A DNA stretch of 64,000 bases from NCBI RefSeq assembly GCF_028368995.1, contig NZ_JAQNDL010000001.1, positions 320,001-384,000 of the forward strand, written 5' to 3'. The stretch is from Nannocystis bainbridge. Its GTDB lineage: Bacteria; Myxococcota_A; Polyangia; Nannocystales; Nannocystaceae. Under the pieces are notes generated by a model. That model saw nothing but the letters and a program-made list of their open reading frames with translations, made no database searches and was not told the origin of the DNA. Position numbers and translations under genes: made by a program. The first letter of the stretch is position 1; each line of letters starts with the position of its first letter. Below, in pieces: positions 30,210-40,197 of the stretch.

Positions 30210-31994
30210 ATGCCGTCCGCCGCGCTCGCGCTCGTCCTCGCCCTCGCGCCCGCCGCCGCATCGACAGGTACTTTGGGACAGGCCGCCTGGGACAGCGCCG
30301 CCATGAGCGCCCGCGACATGGTCGATCGCGCCGGCCTGGTCCGGCCGGGTCAAAAGACTCGCGGCGAGTTGGTCGCCGCCGCCGGCCTCTCGCGCGCCGA
30401 CGTCGTCCGTGTCCTGGGGGACATGTTCACCGCCTGCGGCGGCGCCGCCTGCCCGGCCCTGCAGAGTGACGAGCCGGCCCGGATCCTGCTCGACACCCTC
30501 GGCGAGATCGGCGTGTTGGCCGACGCGCCGCTGCTCCTGCGCCTCGACGCGGTCAGCATCTACCAGGCCGAGCGGAGCCTCGAGGCGATCCTCACCCGCG
30601 CCATGGCCGACGCCATCCCGAAGGCCCGCTGCGCCCCTCCGACCCGCAGCGAGCTCGCCACTGCCCGCCTCGCGCTGGCCGACTTCGCCGTCCTCCGCCG
30701 CCACGGCGACGTGCTTCAGGGCGACGCGCCGACCCCCGCCGAGCTCGACGACCTCGCCTACTTCTTCGCCGCCGTCGCCGACACCGGCCCCGAGGTCGGC
30801 CGCACGCGCGAGGCTGGCGGCGCGCGCAAGCCGGCAGCGCCCGACCCCGAGAGCGATCGCCTCGCCGCCGCCGTCGCTGACGCCAAGACCCGCGGCGACG
30901 TCGCTGGCCTCGTGCAGCACGGCCGCGCCTACCTGGCTCGCCTCGGCTTCCCGGGCCCGCTCGACAGCAGCGCCGAGACCCACTGGGCGTGGGGCGGCGC
31001 CCGCTACTCCTACGTCTTCCGCGACCTCGCCCTCGGCGCCGAGCTGCTCGGCGACCCGACTCTCGCCGGTGAGCTCTACCGCCGCGCCAACCCCGGCGGC
31101 GGCATGTGCGGCACTAGCGTCTCTTACCGCTGGAGCGAGCAGGTCCGCGGCGCCATCCGCAGCGCCGAGCGGACCGGCGACTGCCGCGTCGCCATGGCCG
31201 AGCGGCTGCTCGACGTGGATGGCCCGAGGGACATGTACCCAAAGCCAGCCCCTGCCAGCATCGACTACGGCCCGGCCCGCCTGGCCGAGGCCGGCTTCGA
31301 CGTGGCCCGGCTGTACCGCGGCGCCATCCTCACCGCCGGTCGCGACGGCGAGCCCGCGGAGGTCCGCGCCGCGCTCGAGCGGGCGCCCGAGCCGCTGCGC
31401 AGCGCCGCCCTGGCTCGCCTGGCCCGCCGCGGCCCCGAGGCCTGGGAGGCCCGCGTCCACGCCCTCGAGGGCCTGGCCGACGTCGTCGGTCGCCCCGCCG
31501 TCGCCGAGCTCGAGCGGATGCTGCCGCTGCTCGCCGACGGTCCGCGCCAGCGCGCGCTCGAAGCCATCGGCGAGCTCGCCGACCGCCCCGCGTGGGACCC
31601 GTGCGACCCCGACGAGGCCGGCATCTACTTCAGCAGCTACAGCAGCCAGTGGTCGCGCCACGTCACCAGCCTCGGCGACAGCTGCGACACCGTCCTGCGC
31701 CTGCACGAGGCGGGCCCGCTGGCCCTCTCGCTCACCGCCTGGCTCGCCGACGCCAACCCCGACACCCGCGAGGCCGCCGCCGCCGCGCTCGGCAAGATCG
31801 GCCACCGCGCCGCCCTCCCGGCCCTGCGCGCCAGCAAACGCGACCGCTTCTACCCGGACGACTCGAAGCGCTGCGACGACGGAAATTGCCACATCTACTT
31901 CCCGGTCCGCGAGGCCGCCGCCGAGGCGATCGTCGCCATCCGCGAGCGCAGCGTCCACGACGCCCGCTGGCGCCGCAACGACGCCCACCGCTGA
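30210..31994 (+). CDS. Secreted helical protein with a C-terminal HEAT repeat
   Basis: Signal peptide; LADANPDTREAAAAALGKIG..ALPAL and VREAAAEAI. Confidence 0.7.
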   Translation: MPSAALALVLALAPAAASTGTLGQAAWDSAAMSARDMVDRAGLVRPGQKTRGELVAAAGLSRADVVRVLGDMFTACGGAACPALQSDEPARILLDTLGEIGVLADAPLLLRLDAVSIYQAERSLEAILTRAMADAIPKARCAPPTRSELATARLALADFAVLRRHGDVLQGDAPTPAELDDLAYFFAAVADTGPEVGRTREAGGARKPAAPDPESDRLAAAVADAKTRGDVAGLVQHGRAYLARLGFPGPLDSSAETHWAWGGARYSYVFRDLALGAELLGDPTLAGELYRRANPGGGMCGTSVSYRWSEQVRGAIRSAERTGDCRVAMAERLLDVDGPRDMYPKPAPASIDYGPARLAEAGFDVARLYRGAILTAGRDGEPAEVRAALERAPEPLRSAALARLARRGPEAWEARVHALEGLADVVGRPAVAELERMLPLLADGPRQRALEAIGELADRPAWDPCDPDEAGIYFSSYSSQWSRHVTSLGDSCDTVLRLHEAGPLALSLTAWLADANPDTREAAAAALGKIGHRAALPALRASKRDRFYPDDSKRCDDGNCHIYFPVREAAAEAIVAIRERSVHDARWRRNDAHR

Positions 31995-31999
31995 GCGCA

Positions 32000-32083
32000 T
32001 GTCCCTTTCGCCATGTCCTTACAGGCATGCCCTAAAATACATGCCCGTAAGCACATGTCCTCCAGGGCATGCCCCAAAGTTCT
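32000..32083. repeat. Array of six 14-bp units
   Basis: tgtccctttcgcca tgtccttacaggca tgccctaaaataca tgcccgtaagcaca tgtcctccagggca tgccccaaagttct. Confidence 0.9.
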
Positions 32084-32118
32084 AGCCGCCGATCACCCGC
32101 GGGCCGGCGGCCCCTTTT

Positions 32119-33804
32119 TTAAAGACCTTCGAGGTGGGCCCGCTGGACGATCCGCGCGTCGAGCGTCACATAGCCGCGCGGGCCGGCGCACAGGCGCACC
32201 GGGCTGAGGTCGACCAGCTCGAGGCGGCCCTCGCTGTCGACGCTGGCGACCCCGAAGTGGCGGACCAGCGCGTCGAGGCGGAGGAACAGCCCCGCCAGCT
32301 CGCGCAGCCCCGGGTCGTCCTTGCGGCGCAGCGGCACCCCCGCGACGATCGCCTGGGCGAACAGCATCGCCTCCGCCGGATCGAGCGGCGACAGCCGCAG
32401 CACCACCTCGTGGTGGCCCGCCAGCGCGCGCCCGAACAGCGCCGTCTCGCCGCTCTGCAGCGCCACCGCCCCGCAGTGGATCTCGAGCCCCTCGCCGATC
32501 TGCTCGGCCACCAGCACGCCGTCGAGGTGGGCCGTCGGCGCCCGCTCCTCGACGTTGGCCACGACCGTCGCGTAGGCCCGGCGGACCGCCGCCGAGGTCG
32601 TGAGATCGAGGACCACCGCCCCGAGCTCCTGCTTGCGCCGCAGGTCGGGGCTGACCGCCTTGAGCACCACCGGGAACCCGATCTGCTCGGCGAACTGGGC
32701 CGCGCCGCTGGCCGAGCCGGCCACCGCCTGGCGCGTCACCTCGATGCCGAAGCCGCGCAGCACCACCTTGCTCTCGTGCTCCGACAGCGCCTGCCCGGCC
32801 GAGCGCAGCACCTCCTCCGCGCGGGCCAGCGCCGCCGGATCGATCACCGGCGTCGGTTCGTCGGCGGCCGCGCGGACCAGCGCCTCGGCGCGCTCGCGGC
32901 GGAGCAATGCCCGCTGGGCCAGGAACGCGTCGGTCGTCGCGCTCGCCGGCCCGCGCAGGCGCAGGCCCGGGTGCGGCGCCGCCATCCCCGGGTCGTCGGC
33001 CTGCAGCGGCAGCGCCCGCTGCGCCTGGCGCCACAGCGCCGCCTGCGAGGCTGCCTCTTCGGACATGCCCTCGGCGACATGCCCCGAAGGACCTGTCCCC
33101 GGCGACATGCTCTGCGCGTCGAGCAGCAGCGCCAGCACCCCCGGGCTCGGGAACACCGGCCCCGTCAGCCGCTCGAGCGCGTGGGCGGCCGCCACCTGGC
33201 CGAGCGACGGGTGGCGCGGCTGATCGATCCGCGGCGCCTCGACCCCGAGCGGCACCACCACCTGGCGCGCCCCGGCGGTGCCGGCCCAGCGGGCCCAACC
33301 CGCGTGCAGGCTCGCCACTGGCACCATGCCCGCGACACGGCAGCCGGCCAGCTCGGGCGCCGCCAACCACTCGGACAGCCACGCCAGCGCCGGGCACAGC
33401 GACAGCCGCGGCTGCACCCCGGCGGCCACGAACGCGGCCCGCAGCCCCGCCAGCGCCCCCGCCTCGGGCCCGACCAGCACCAGCTCGCCGGCCTCCACCA
33501 TCACCTGCGCCGCCGGCCCGAGCACGCGCGACGTCAGCCCGACCGGCAGCTCCGGCCCCGTGATCACCAGCAGCGCCGGCGGCCGCTCGCGCAGCGCTCG
33601 CAGCAGCGTCGGCGACGGCTCGCGCGCGACCACCACCACCGCGCCCTGCTCGCGAACCCGCCGGGCCAGCGCCGCCTCGCCGAGCACCTCGCCGGCGCCG
33701 ACGAACGCGGCCCCGACGTCCTCGCCGACCAGCGCCTCGCCGGCCAGCAGCGCCCGCAGGGCCGACCTGGCCGGAGAGACAGATCGATCGGGAGCCGTCA
33801 CCAA
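32119..33804 (-). CDS. Protein with a C-terminal acetate-CoA ligase (ADP-forming) beta-type ATP-grasp domain
   Basis: LSEHESKVVL..FGI, IGFPVVLKAVSPD, GVLVAEQ and DLSPV..TLDARI. Confidence 0.75.
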   Translation of the reverse strand: MVTAPDRSVSPARSALRALLAGEALVGEDVGAAFVGAGEVLGEAALARRVREQGAVVVVAREPSPTLLRALRERPPALLVITGPELPVGLTSRVLGPAAQVMVEAGELVLVGPEAGALAGLRAAFVAAGVQPRLSLCPALAWLSEWLAAPELAGCRVAGMVPVASLHAGWARWAGTAGARQVVVPLGVEAPRIDQPRHPSLGQVAAAHALERLTGPVFPSPGVLALLLDAQSMSPGTGPSGHVAEGMSEEAASQAALWRQAQRALPLQADDPGMAAPHPGLRLRGPASATTDAFLAQRALLRRERAEALVRAAADEPTPVIDPAALARAEEVLRSAGQALSEHESKVVLRGFGIEVTRQAVAGSASGAAQFAEQIGFPVVLKAVSPDLRRKQELGAVVLDLTTSAAVRRAYATVVANVEERAPTAHLDGVLVAEQIGEGLEIHCGAVALQSGETALFGRALAGHHEVVLRLSPLDPAEAMLFAQAIVAGVPLRRKDDPGLRELAGLFLRLDALVRHFGVASVDSEGRLELVDLSPVRLCAGPRGYVTLDARIVQRAHLEGL

Positions 33805-33814
33805 GGCGCGCCCG

Positions 33815-34621
33815 TCACACGATGACCGGCTTCCACAGCTCGCTGTGGAGCTGCTTGACCGCCTCCGGCCACGCGCCGGGCAGGACCCAATCGGCGCGGG
33901 TCCAGGTGGCGTCGATCTCGGCGTTCTCGCCGGGGAACAGGATCAAACGGGCGCCCGGGCCACGCGCGGCCAACGTCGGCGGCACCGGCTGGTCGGTCCC
34001 GCCGAGCCACAGCAGCGTGCCCGAGGTGTGCTGGTCGAGGTACTCCGGCCCGGCCGGCTTGGCGCCGATCGACGCCAGGGCCGCGCGCGCGGCCTGATCG
34101 AGGTCTTCGCGGGCGAAGTACCGCAGCGGGCCGCGGCCGCTGTGCTGCTCGAGGCGGGCGACCCACTCGGGCAGGTCGACCAGGCTCGCCTCGTTGTCGT
34201 ACTCGGCGTCGATGATCGCGGGCAGCTCGTACCACGGCAGCGCGCCGGCCACGATCGCCGTCACCGAAGCCAGCCGCTCCCACTCGACCTCGGGCTCTTG
34301 CAGCCACAGCGCCTCGGCCCCGCCGAGCGACTCCGCCGCGGCCAGGCCCTCGTCGGTGTGCGGCACGAACACCAGCAGCGGGTGCAGCCGGTCTTGCAGC
34401 GGCCGCAAGCCCGCCGGGCCGAGGAACGTCAGCCCGTCGGCGCCGAACCGGCTCACCGCGCCGATGACGAACTGGTCGGCGCGTCCGGCGTCGCCGGGGC
34501 AGACCGCGCTGACGGTGGCGCCGCGCTCGCTGCCGATGTCACGGGCGAGGCACAGGGCCGCGGCGCTGGCCGGATGGATCCCCTGCGGGGTGCGCTGGGC
34601 GTAGACCAGGATATGAGCCAT
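33815..34621 (-). CDS. Hypothetical protein resembling a degenerate ETF alpha subunit
   Basis: N-terminus MAHILVYA..HPAS..AL.LAR..VSAV..FGAD resembles EtfA domain I; C-terminus A.I..RADWVLPG.W.EAV.QL resembles the EtfA end. Confidence 0.5.
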   Translation of the reverse strand: MAHILVYAQRTPQGIHPASAAALCLARDIGSERGATVSAVCPGDAGRADQFVIGAVSRFGADGLTFLGPAGLRPLQDRLHPLLVFVPHTDEGLAAAESLGGAEALWLQEPEVEWERLASVTAIVAGALPWYELPAIIDAEYDNEASLVDLPEWVARLEQHSGRGPLRYFAREDLDQAARAALASIGAKPAGPEYLDQHTSGTLLWLGGTDQPVPPTLAARGPGARLILFPGENAEIDATWTRADWVLPGAWPEAVKQLHSELWKPVIV

Positions 34622-35133
34622 TAGTCGAGACCGTGCTTCCGTTTGATGAGCTCGAGCTGCTTTTGGTACTCGATCTCGAACGTCGAGGTGTTCTCGGTGA
34701 GGTGCTTGAGGTGGCGCCGCACCTCGCGGTCGAGGTCATCGTCGGCCTGCATGTGGCGGCGGAGGATCTCTTTGAGCTTCTTCCGGATCACCGCATCGTC
34801 GGCGTAGATCTCGGACACGAACTTGCTCTGCATGAACAGCTCGAGCAGCTGGTTCGCGATCCAGTTCAACGCCTCTTCCCCGATCCCGAAGTCCTGCTCC
34901 TCCGCCATCGAGCGCTTGAGCTTGAACAGGTCGGAGTACGCCAGCTTCTTCCGCTCGAGCTCGTCCTTGGCGCGGTCGGTGAGCTCGCGGTCCTTGCGTA
35001 GGTACTCCTTGAGGATCGACTCGACATCGCGTTTGAACTCATCGCGGTCGCTGACCTCGAGGTCGCCCGCGTCGACCAGGGTCTTGTTCACGGCTTCGAC
35101 GATGGTCGAGATCTTACTTGCATAAAGACGCAT
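34621..35133 (-). CDS. DUF507 family protein
   Basis: MRLY..KI, EYLR.DR.L, DD..IR and DREVR..LK pattern recognised from Myxococcota proteins. Confidence 0.75.
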   Translation of the reverse strand: MRLYASKISTIVEAVNKTLVDAGDLEVSDRDEFKRDVESILKEYLRKDRELTDRAKDELERKKLAYSDLFKLKRSMAEEQDFGIGEEALNWIANQLLELFMQSKFVSEIYADDAVIRKKLKEILRRHMQADDDLDREVRRHLKHLTENTSTFEIEYQKQLELIKRKHGLD

Positions 35134-35195
35134 GGGGTGAGGCGAGGATAGGCGCAGCTTTTCCGAGCGTCCAGGGTGCGGTACCAACCACGGGC

Positions 35196-35660
35196 GTGCA
35201 GCCCCGCCTCATCGTCGCCGCCGGCCTGGTCTGGCTCGGCCCCCACCGCCTCCTCGTCCAGCGCCGACCGGCCGGCGCCCGCCACGGCGCCGGCGCCCTC
35301 GAGCTCCCGGGCGGGAAAGTCGAGCCCGGTGAGCCCCCGCGCGCCGCGCTGCGGCGTGAGCTCGTCGAGGAATGGGGCCCTGCCGCCGCCGCGCTGGCGA
35401 TCGGCCCCGTCGCCGAGGTCCTGCACCACGTCTACCCCGGCCCTGGCCCGGAGGTCCTGCTGATCGTCTACCACGTCGACGCCAGCCCCTGGCTGGGCAC
35501 CGACTGGCACGCAGCGCTCCGCCTCGAGGCCGACGCCGCCGTCGTCGCCCACGAGCTCGCAGCCCTGCCCGTGCACGAATTCCTGGCCGCCGACCGCGAA
35601 TTCGTCACCGACGTGCGCGACGGCCGGGTCGAGCCCCCGACCCTCCCCATCCATCCCTGA
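35196..35660 (+). CDS. NUDIX hydrolase (MutT/NudG-like)
   Basis: Nudix box GGKVEPGEPPRAALRRELVEEWG; FLAAD. Confidence 0.9.
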   Translation: MQPRLIVAAGLVWLGPHRLLVQRRPAGARHGAGALELPGGKVEPGEPPRAALRRELVEEWGPAAAALAIGPVAEVLHHVYPGPGPEVLLIVYHVDASPWLGTDWHAALRLEADAAVVAHELAALPVHEFLAADREFVTDVRDGRVEPPTLPIHP

Positions 35661-36138
35661 GCGACCTCTCGCTTCCCCCGGCGTCCCCGAGCCGGGCGCC
35701 CGGCGAATTCCGCCCGTACCCCCGCCGCAGGAGCTTCGCTCGGTCGCTCCCCGAAGCGTTCCGACGCGATCCCACGGGCCCGAGCGACCTGTCCGGAGAG
35801 ACAGCTTCATCGCGCGAAGCCCGCTCATCACCTGTCCTTGCGGCCATCCTCGCCGGGCCGGCCGCGGGCGAGCGGCGGAAGGCTCACAGGATCACCGTGC
35901 GTCGGCCGGCTGGCGATCCCTCGCCCGCCGGCGCGCGCCCCCACGAGCCCGCGCGAGGCCCGCCCCGAACCACGGTTCGCCGCCCGCCGCCCGCGCGAGG
36001 CCTCCGGCGATCTCGCTCACAACCTGTCTCTTCGGCCAGCCCCGCCTCGGCGCGTGACGGCGCCCGCTCGCCGCCTTTTCGCCCCGTCGCCGCCGCGGCG
36101 GGTGACGGCCGCCCGGCCGCGGCGTATGGTCGAAGGCG

Positions 36139-36504
36139 ATGCCCGCGCCCCGCGATTTCTCCGAGTTTTGGCCGTTCTACCTCGGCGAGCACCGCCACCC
36201 CGTCAACCGCGCGCTGCACTACGTCGGCACCAGCAGCGCCTGGCTCTTCGTGGCCTGGATGGCCTGGACGGGCCGCTGGAGCCTGTTCCCGCTGGCTCTG
36301 GTGATCGGCTACGGCCCGGCGTGGATCGGTCACTTCTTCATCGAGCACAACAAGCCGGCCAGCTTCAAGTATCCGCTGTGGTCCCTGTTCGGCGACATGA
36401 AGATGCTGCGCCTCCGCCTCACCGGCCGCATGCGCGGCGAGATGATCCGCCTGTTCGGCAGCACCGCCCCGGCCCCCGACGCCCCCCAGCGCGCCCGCAC
36501 CTGA
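36139..36504 (+). CDS. DUF962 (Mpo1-like) membrane protein
   Basis: FWPFYLGEH..NRALHYVGT and AWIGHFFIEHNKPASFKYPLWS. Confidence 0.93.
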   Translation: MPAPRDFSEFWPFYLGEHRHPVNRALHYVGTSSAWLFVAWMAWTGRWSLFPLALVIGYGPAWIGHFFIEHNKPASFKYPLWSLFGDMKMLRLRLTGRMRGEMIRLFGSTAPAPDAPQRART

Positions 36505-36687
36505 GCCCCTGCGTCCCTGTCCCGAAGGACAGGCGATCCGCGCCGTCAGGCACCTGTCCCGAAGGACAGCCCGGGTATCACGCCCCGCTCCGGGGACCGC
36601 GGCTCGCTCGCCGCTGGCCCTCGCTCATCTCCCGCGCCTCTGTCCTTTGCGACACCTGATCCCCGCGCCCGCTCGCCCCCCGTCCTG

Positions 36688-37797
36688 ATGCCTTCGCTCC
36701 CGATCACCCTCGAGGCCGCCCTGCGCGACGCGCGGTCGCCCGATCCGACGTCTCGCAGCGTCGCCGTGCGTCACCTCGCCGCCGCCCTCCTGGCCGAGCT
36801 CGGCGACCCCTCGCCCGCCCTCGACCTGGCGCGTGGCCACGCGCTCGGCGAGGCCGTCGTCGCCGCCCTGACCGCCGCGCTCGACGATCCGCAGGTGCCC
36901 GTCCGGGCCATGGCCGCGACCGGCCTCGGTCAGCTCGGCGAGCCTGCCGTCATCGCCCGCATCGACCCCTGGCTGCAGGACCCCGACCCCGGGCCCGACG
37001 CTGGTTACCTGCGCGAGTGCGCCGCCATCACCTGCGTGCTCCTCGGCCTCGCCTCGGCCCCCGAGCACCTCGTCAGGGCCGACGACGGCGAGGGCACCCG
37101 CCCCACCGAGGCCCCGCCGGCCGCGCCGCATCCCTTGCGTCCTCCGGGACATGTCCCGAGCGACCTGTCCCGAGTCACCTACGAGGCCGCGCTCGCGCGC
37201 ATCACCGCGGCCCTCCGCGCCCCCGCGCCCGACCTGCGGTTCCAGGCCGCCGGTGGCCTCGTCGAGCTCGCCGGTCGCGCCGCCGAGCCGGCCCTGTGCG
37301 CCGCCCTCGACGGCGAGAGCCACCCGCACGTCCGCCTCGCCCTCGTCAGCGCCCTCGCCGAGCTCGACCCGCCGGGGTCCGAGGCCTGCGCCCGCCTCGC
37401 CGCCGTGGTCGCCGATCCCGGCGCCGCCGTCGAGCTCGCCTTCGCCGCCGCGCTCGGCCTCGCCGCCGCCCGCGACCCGAGCGGCGGCCCGCCCCTCGTG
37501 CTCGGTCTCCAGCGCTCCGGCGACCGCGCCCGCGCGCTCGAGGGCCTCGCCGCGCTCGGGCTCGCCGCCCCGCCGGCCGCCGTCCCGCTGGCCCTCAAGC
37601 TCGCCCGCGCCTGGCTCACCCCGTCCGTCATGCGCGTGCGCGCCGCCTACGCCCTGGTCCGCATGGCCCCCGAGACCGGCCAGCCGCTGTTGGACGAGTT
37701 CGCCCGCAGCCGCCGCCCCGCCGTCCAGGAGGCCGTCGCCGACGCCCGCGCCGCCCTCGCGCAGCTGACTCTTCAGGACATGTCCAAGCGGACATAG
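36688..37797 (+). CDS. HEAT repeat protein
   Basis: ALDDPQVPVRAMAATGLGQLG, LRFQAAGGL and VRLALVSAL. Confidence 0.75.
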   Translation: MPSLPITLEAALRDARSPDPTSRSVAVRHLAAALLAELGDPSPALDLARGHALGEAVVAALTAALDDPQVPVRAMAATGLGQLGEPAVIARIDPWLQDPDPGPDAGYLRECAAITCVLLGLASAPEHLVRADDGEGTRPTEAPPAAPHPLRPPGHVPSDLSRVTYEAALARITAALRAPAPDLRFQAAGGLVELAGRAAEPALCAALDGESHPHVRLALVSALAELDPPGSEACARLAAVVADPGAAVELAFAAALGLAAARDPSGGPPLVLGLQRSGDRARALEGLAALGLAAPPAAVPLALKLARAWLTPSVMRVRAAYALVRMAPETGQPLLDEFARSRRPAVQEAVADARAALAQLTLQDMSKRT

Positions 37798-37850
37798 TCT
37801 TTAATACATGTCCAAACGGGCATGCCTCGAAGGACATGCACGAGCGGACG
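37781..37850. repeat. Array of five 14-bp units overlapping the stop codon
   Basis: tgtccaagcggaca tagtctttaataca tgtccaaacgggca tgcctcgaaggaca tgcacgagcggacg. Confidence 0.88.
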
Positions 37851-38016
37851 ACACGCGGGGCTCCGACGCTCCCTCTCGAAGTTCTCACCATGAAGCGACG
37901 GAGCGACCCCGGGTCACGCTCGCTCGGTCCCCTCACAGCGCCCTCGCCGAGGCCATCGACCGCACGTGGCGCGCTCCCCCGCTGCGACTGAAACGCCCTC
38001 TCTCGCCCGGCGACGC

Positions 38017-38091
38017 CCCATCCCGATCCGCCTGCGCCCCGGCAGCTCCGAGCTGTACTTGATGACGCAGATCCGCGACGAGGCCCACCGC
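38017..38091 (+). pseudogene. Short uvrC-like fragment
   Basis: Translates to PIPIRLRPGSSELYLMTQIRDEAHR, matching the conserved UvrC IRDEAHRFA region; no flanking UvrC sequence recognised. Confidence 0.65.
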
Positions 38092-38185
38092 CCACCGCCC
38101 GCCGCGGGTTCGGCGCGTCCCTGCTGCGTTCGACCCTGCGATCCAGCGCACACCGCCCGGCCGCCCGCTTTGCGACCCTCGGCCC

Positions 38186-40180
38186 GTGACCCTGGCCACG
38201 GCACCCGATCCCCGCAGCGACCTCGCCCACGCCTACGAGCTCGCCGTGCAGCACCTCCGCGGCGTCCAGGCCAAGAAGGGCGCCGTCGGCGGCGAAGTCA
38301 TCTGGAACCCGATGCTCGTGTGCCAGTACGTGATGGCGTGTCACGTCCTCGGGCGCCCGATCGCCCCCGAGCGGCAGCGGCGGATCCGCCTCGCCCTCGA
38401 GCGCCAGGTGCGGGCCGACGGCGGCTGGGGCATGCACCCCGACAGCGACAGCTGGCTGTTCCACACCACTCTCGGCTACGTCACCCTGCGCCTGCTCGGC
38501 CACCCGCCCGAAGACCCGCTGGCCGCCGGCGCGCTGCGGTGGATCCGGGCCCACGGCGGCGTGACGAAGAACCCGACCTGGGGCCGGATCTGGCTGGCCC
38601 TGCTCGGCCTCTACCCGTGGCAGAGCGTGCAGCCGATCCTGCCCGAGATGTGGCTCCTGCCCGAGGCCACGCCGGTCCACCCGCGCCGCCTCTACTGCCA
38701 CATGCGCCTGATCTACCTCGGGCTCAGCTACCTCTACGGCGCCCGCGTCCAGGCCCCGATGTCACCTGTCCTTCGGGACATCCGCGACGAGCTCTACGAC
38801 GGCGCCTACGAGCGCGCCCCGTTCCGCGCCCACCGCGACGACATCGCCAGCACCGACCTCTACGAAGCGCCGGGCGCCGGCCTGCGCGTCGCCTTCGCCG
38901 CCATGCGGGCGCTCGACCGCGTCGCGCCCGGCGTCGTCCGCAAGAAGGCCCTCGCCCGCGCCATCGAGCACGTCCTGTTCGAGCTGCGCAGCACCGGCCA
39001 CGTATGCCTCAGCCCCGTCAACGGCCTGCTGTTCAACCTCGCCCTGCACCACCATGACCCGCGCCACCCCGACGCCGACCAGGCCTTCCGCGGCCTCGAG
39101 TACTGGTTCTGGGAGGACGACGTCGAGGGCGCGCGGATCTGCGGCGCCCGCAGCGACATCTGGGACACCTCCTTCCTGCTGCAGGCGCTGTGCGAGGGCC
39201 CGCAGAGCGCCACCGGCGAGGCGCTCGGCCGCGACGCCGCCGCCTGGCTGGCGACCGCGCAGATCCGCGGCGACATCCCCGGCGGCGCCGAGCACTTCCG
39301 CGAGCCCGCCGACGGCGGCTGGGGCTTCGCCGACGAGCGTCACCCGTGGCCCGTCAGCGACTGCACCGCCGAGGCGCTCGAGGCCCTGATCCACTGCGCC
39401 GACCACCGCCTCGCCGAGCCGCTCCCGCGCGAGCGCCAGCTGGCCGCCCTGCGGTTCGTCCTCCGCCGCCAGAACGAGGACGGCGGGTTCGGCTCGTACG
39501 AGCCGCGCCGCGGCAGCCTCGTGCTCAAGCACTTCAACCCCGCCGAGATCTACGGCAACTGCATGCTCGAGTACTCGTACTCCGAGTGCACCGCCAGCTG
39601 CGTCCGCGGCCTCGCCCTCGCCCGCGCGCGCCTCGGCGACGCCATCCCGCCCGGCCTGCTCGCCGACGTCGAGACCGCGATCGAGCGCGGCGTCTCGTTC
39701 CTGCTCGGCGCCCAGCACCCCGACGGCGGCTGGCTCGGCTTCTGGGGCATCAACTTCACCTACGGCACCTTCTTCGCGGTGCACGCCCTGCTCGCCGCCG
39801 GGCTGCCGCGCCACCACCCTGCGATCCGCCGCGCCGTCGCCTGGCTGGTGCGCCGCCAGCGGCCCGACGGCGGCTGGGGCGAGAGCTTCGAGGGCCTGCT
39901 CGACGGCCGCGACGTCCAGCTCCCGCCGCACGAGCCGAGCCTGGCCGCCCAGACCGCCTGGGCCGCCCTCACGCTCATGGCCGCCGAGACCCCCGACGAG
40001 GCCCCGGCGATCGAGCGCGCGATCGTTTACCTGCACGCCCGCCAGCAGCCCGACGGCAGCTGGCCGCACGAGCGCGCCAGCGGGGTCTTCTTTAATACGG
40101 CCGTGCTCGACTACGACCTCTACCGCCAGATCTTCCCCGCCTGGGCCCTGGCCCGCCGCCTCGGCCGCGCGGCCGAGTGA
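38186..40180 (+). CDS. 2,3-oxidosqualene cyclase (OSC-type triterpene cyclase)
   Basis: Catalytic VSDCTAE (OSC type, not the DxDDTA of SHC); QW repeats QxxDGGWG, QNEDGGF and QQPDGSW; YCHMRLIY; WGINFTYGT. Confidence 0.9.
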   Translation: MTLATAPDPRSDLAHAYELAVQHLRGVQAKKGAVGGEVIWNPMLVCQYVMACHVLGRPIAPERQRRIRLALERQVRADGGWGMHPDSDSWLFHTTLGYVTLRLLGHPPEDPLAAGALRWIRAHGGVTKNPTWGRIWLALLGLYPWQSVQPILPEMWLLPEATPVHPRRLYCHMRLIYLGLSYLYGARVQAPMSPVLRDIRDELYDGAYERAPFRAHRDDIASTDLYEAPGAGLRVAFAAMRALDRVAPGVVRKKALARAIEHVLFELRSTGHVCLSPVNGLLFNLALHHHDPRHPDADQAFRGLEYWFWEDDVEGARICGARSDIWDTSFLLQALCEGPQSATGEALGRDAAAWLATAQIRGDIPGGAEHFREPADGGWGFADERHPWPVSDCTAEALEALIHCADHRLAEPLPRERQLAALRFVLRRQNEDGGFGSYEPRRGSLVLKHFNPAEIYGNCMLEYSYSECTASCVRGLALARARLGDAIPPGLLADVETAIERGVSFLLGAQHPDGGWLGFWGINFTYGTFFAVHALLAAGLPRHHPAIRRAVAWLVRRQRPDGGWGESFEGLLDGRDVQLPPHEPSLAAQTAWAALTLMAAETPDEAPAIERAIVYLHARQQPDGSWPHERASGVFFNTAVLDYDLYRQIFPAWALARRLGRAAE

Positions 40181-40197
40181 GACCGCGCCGACGAGCA

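Noticed and set aside
38186-40180. Squalene-hopene cyclase call
   Set aside because: The catalytic motif is DCTAE, not DxDDTA, and no hpn genes are adjacent.
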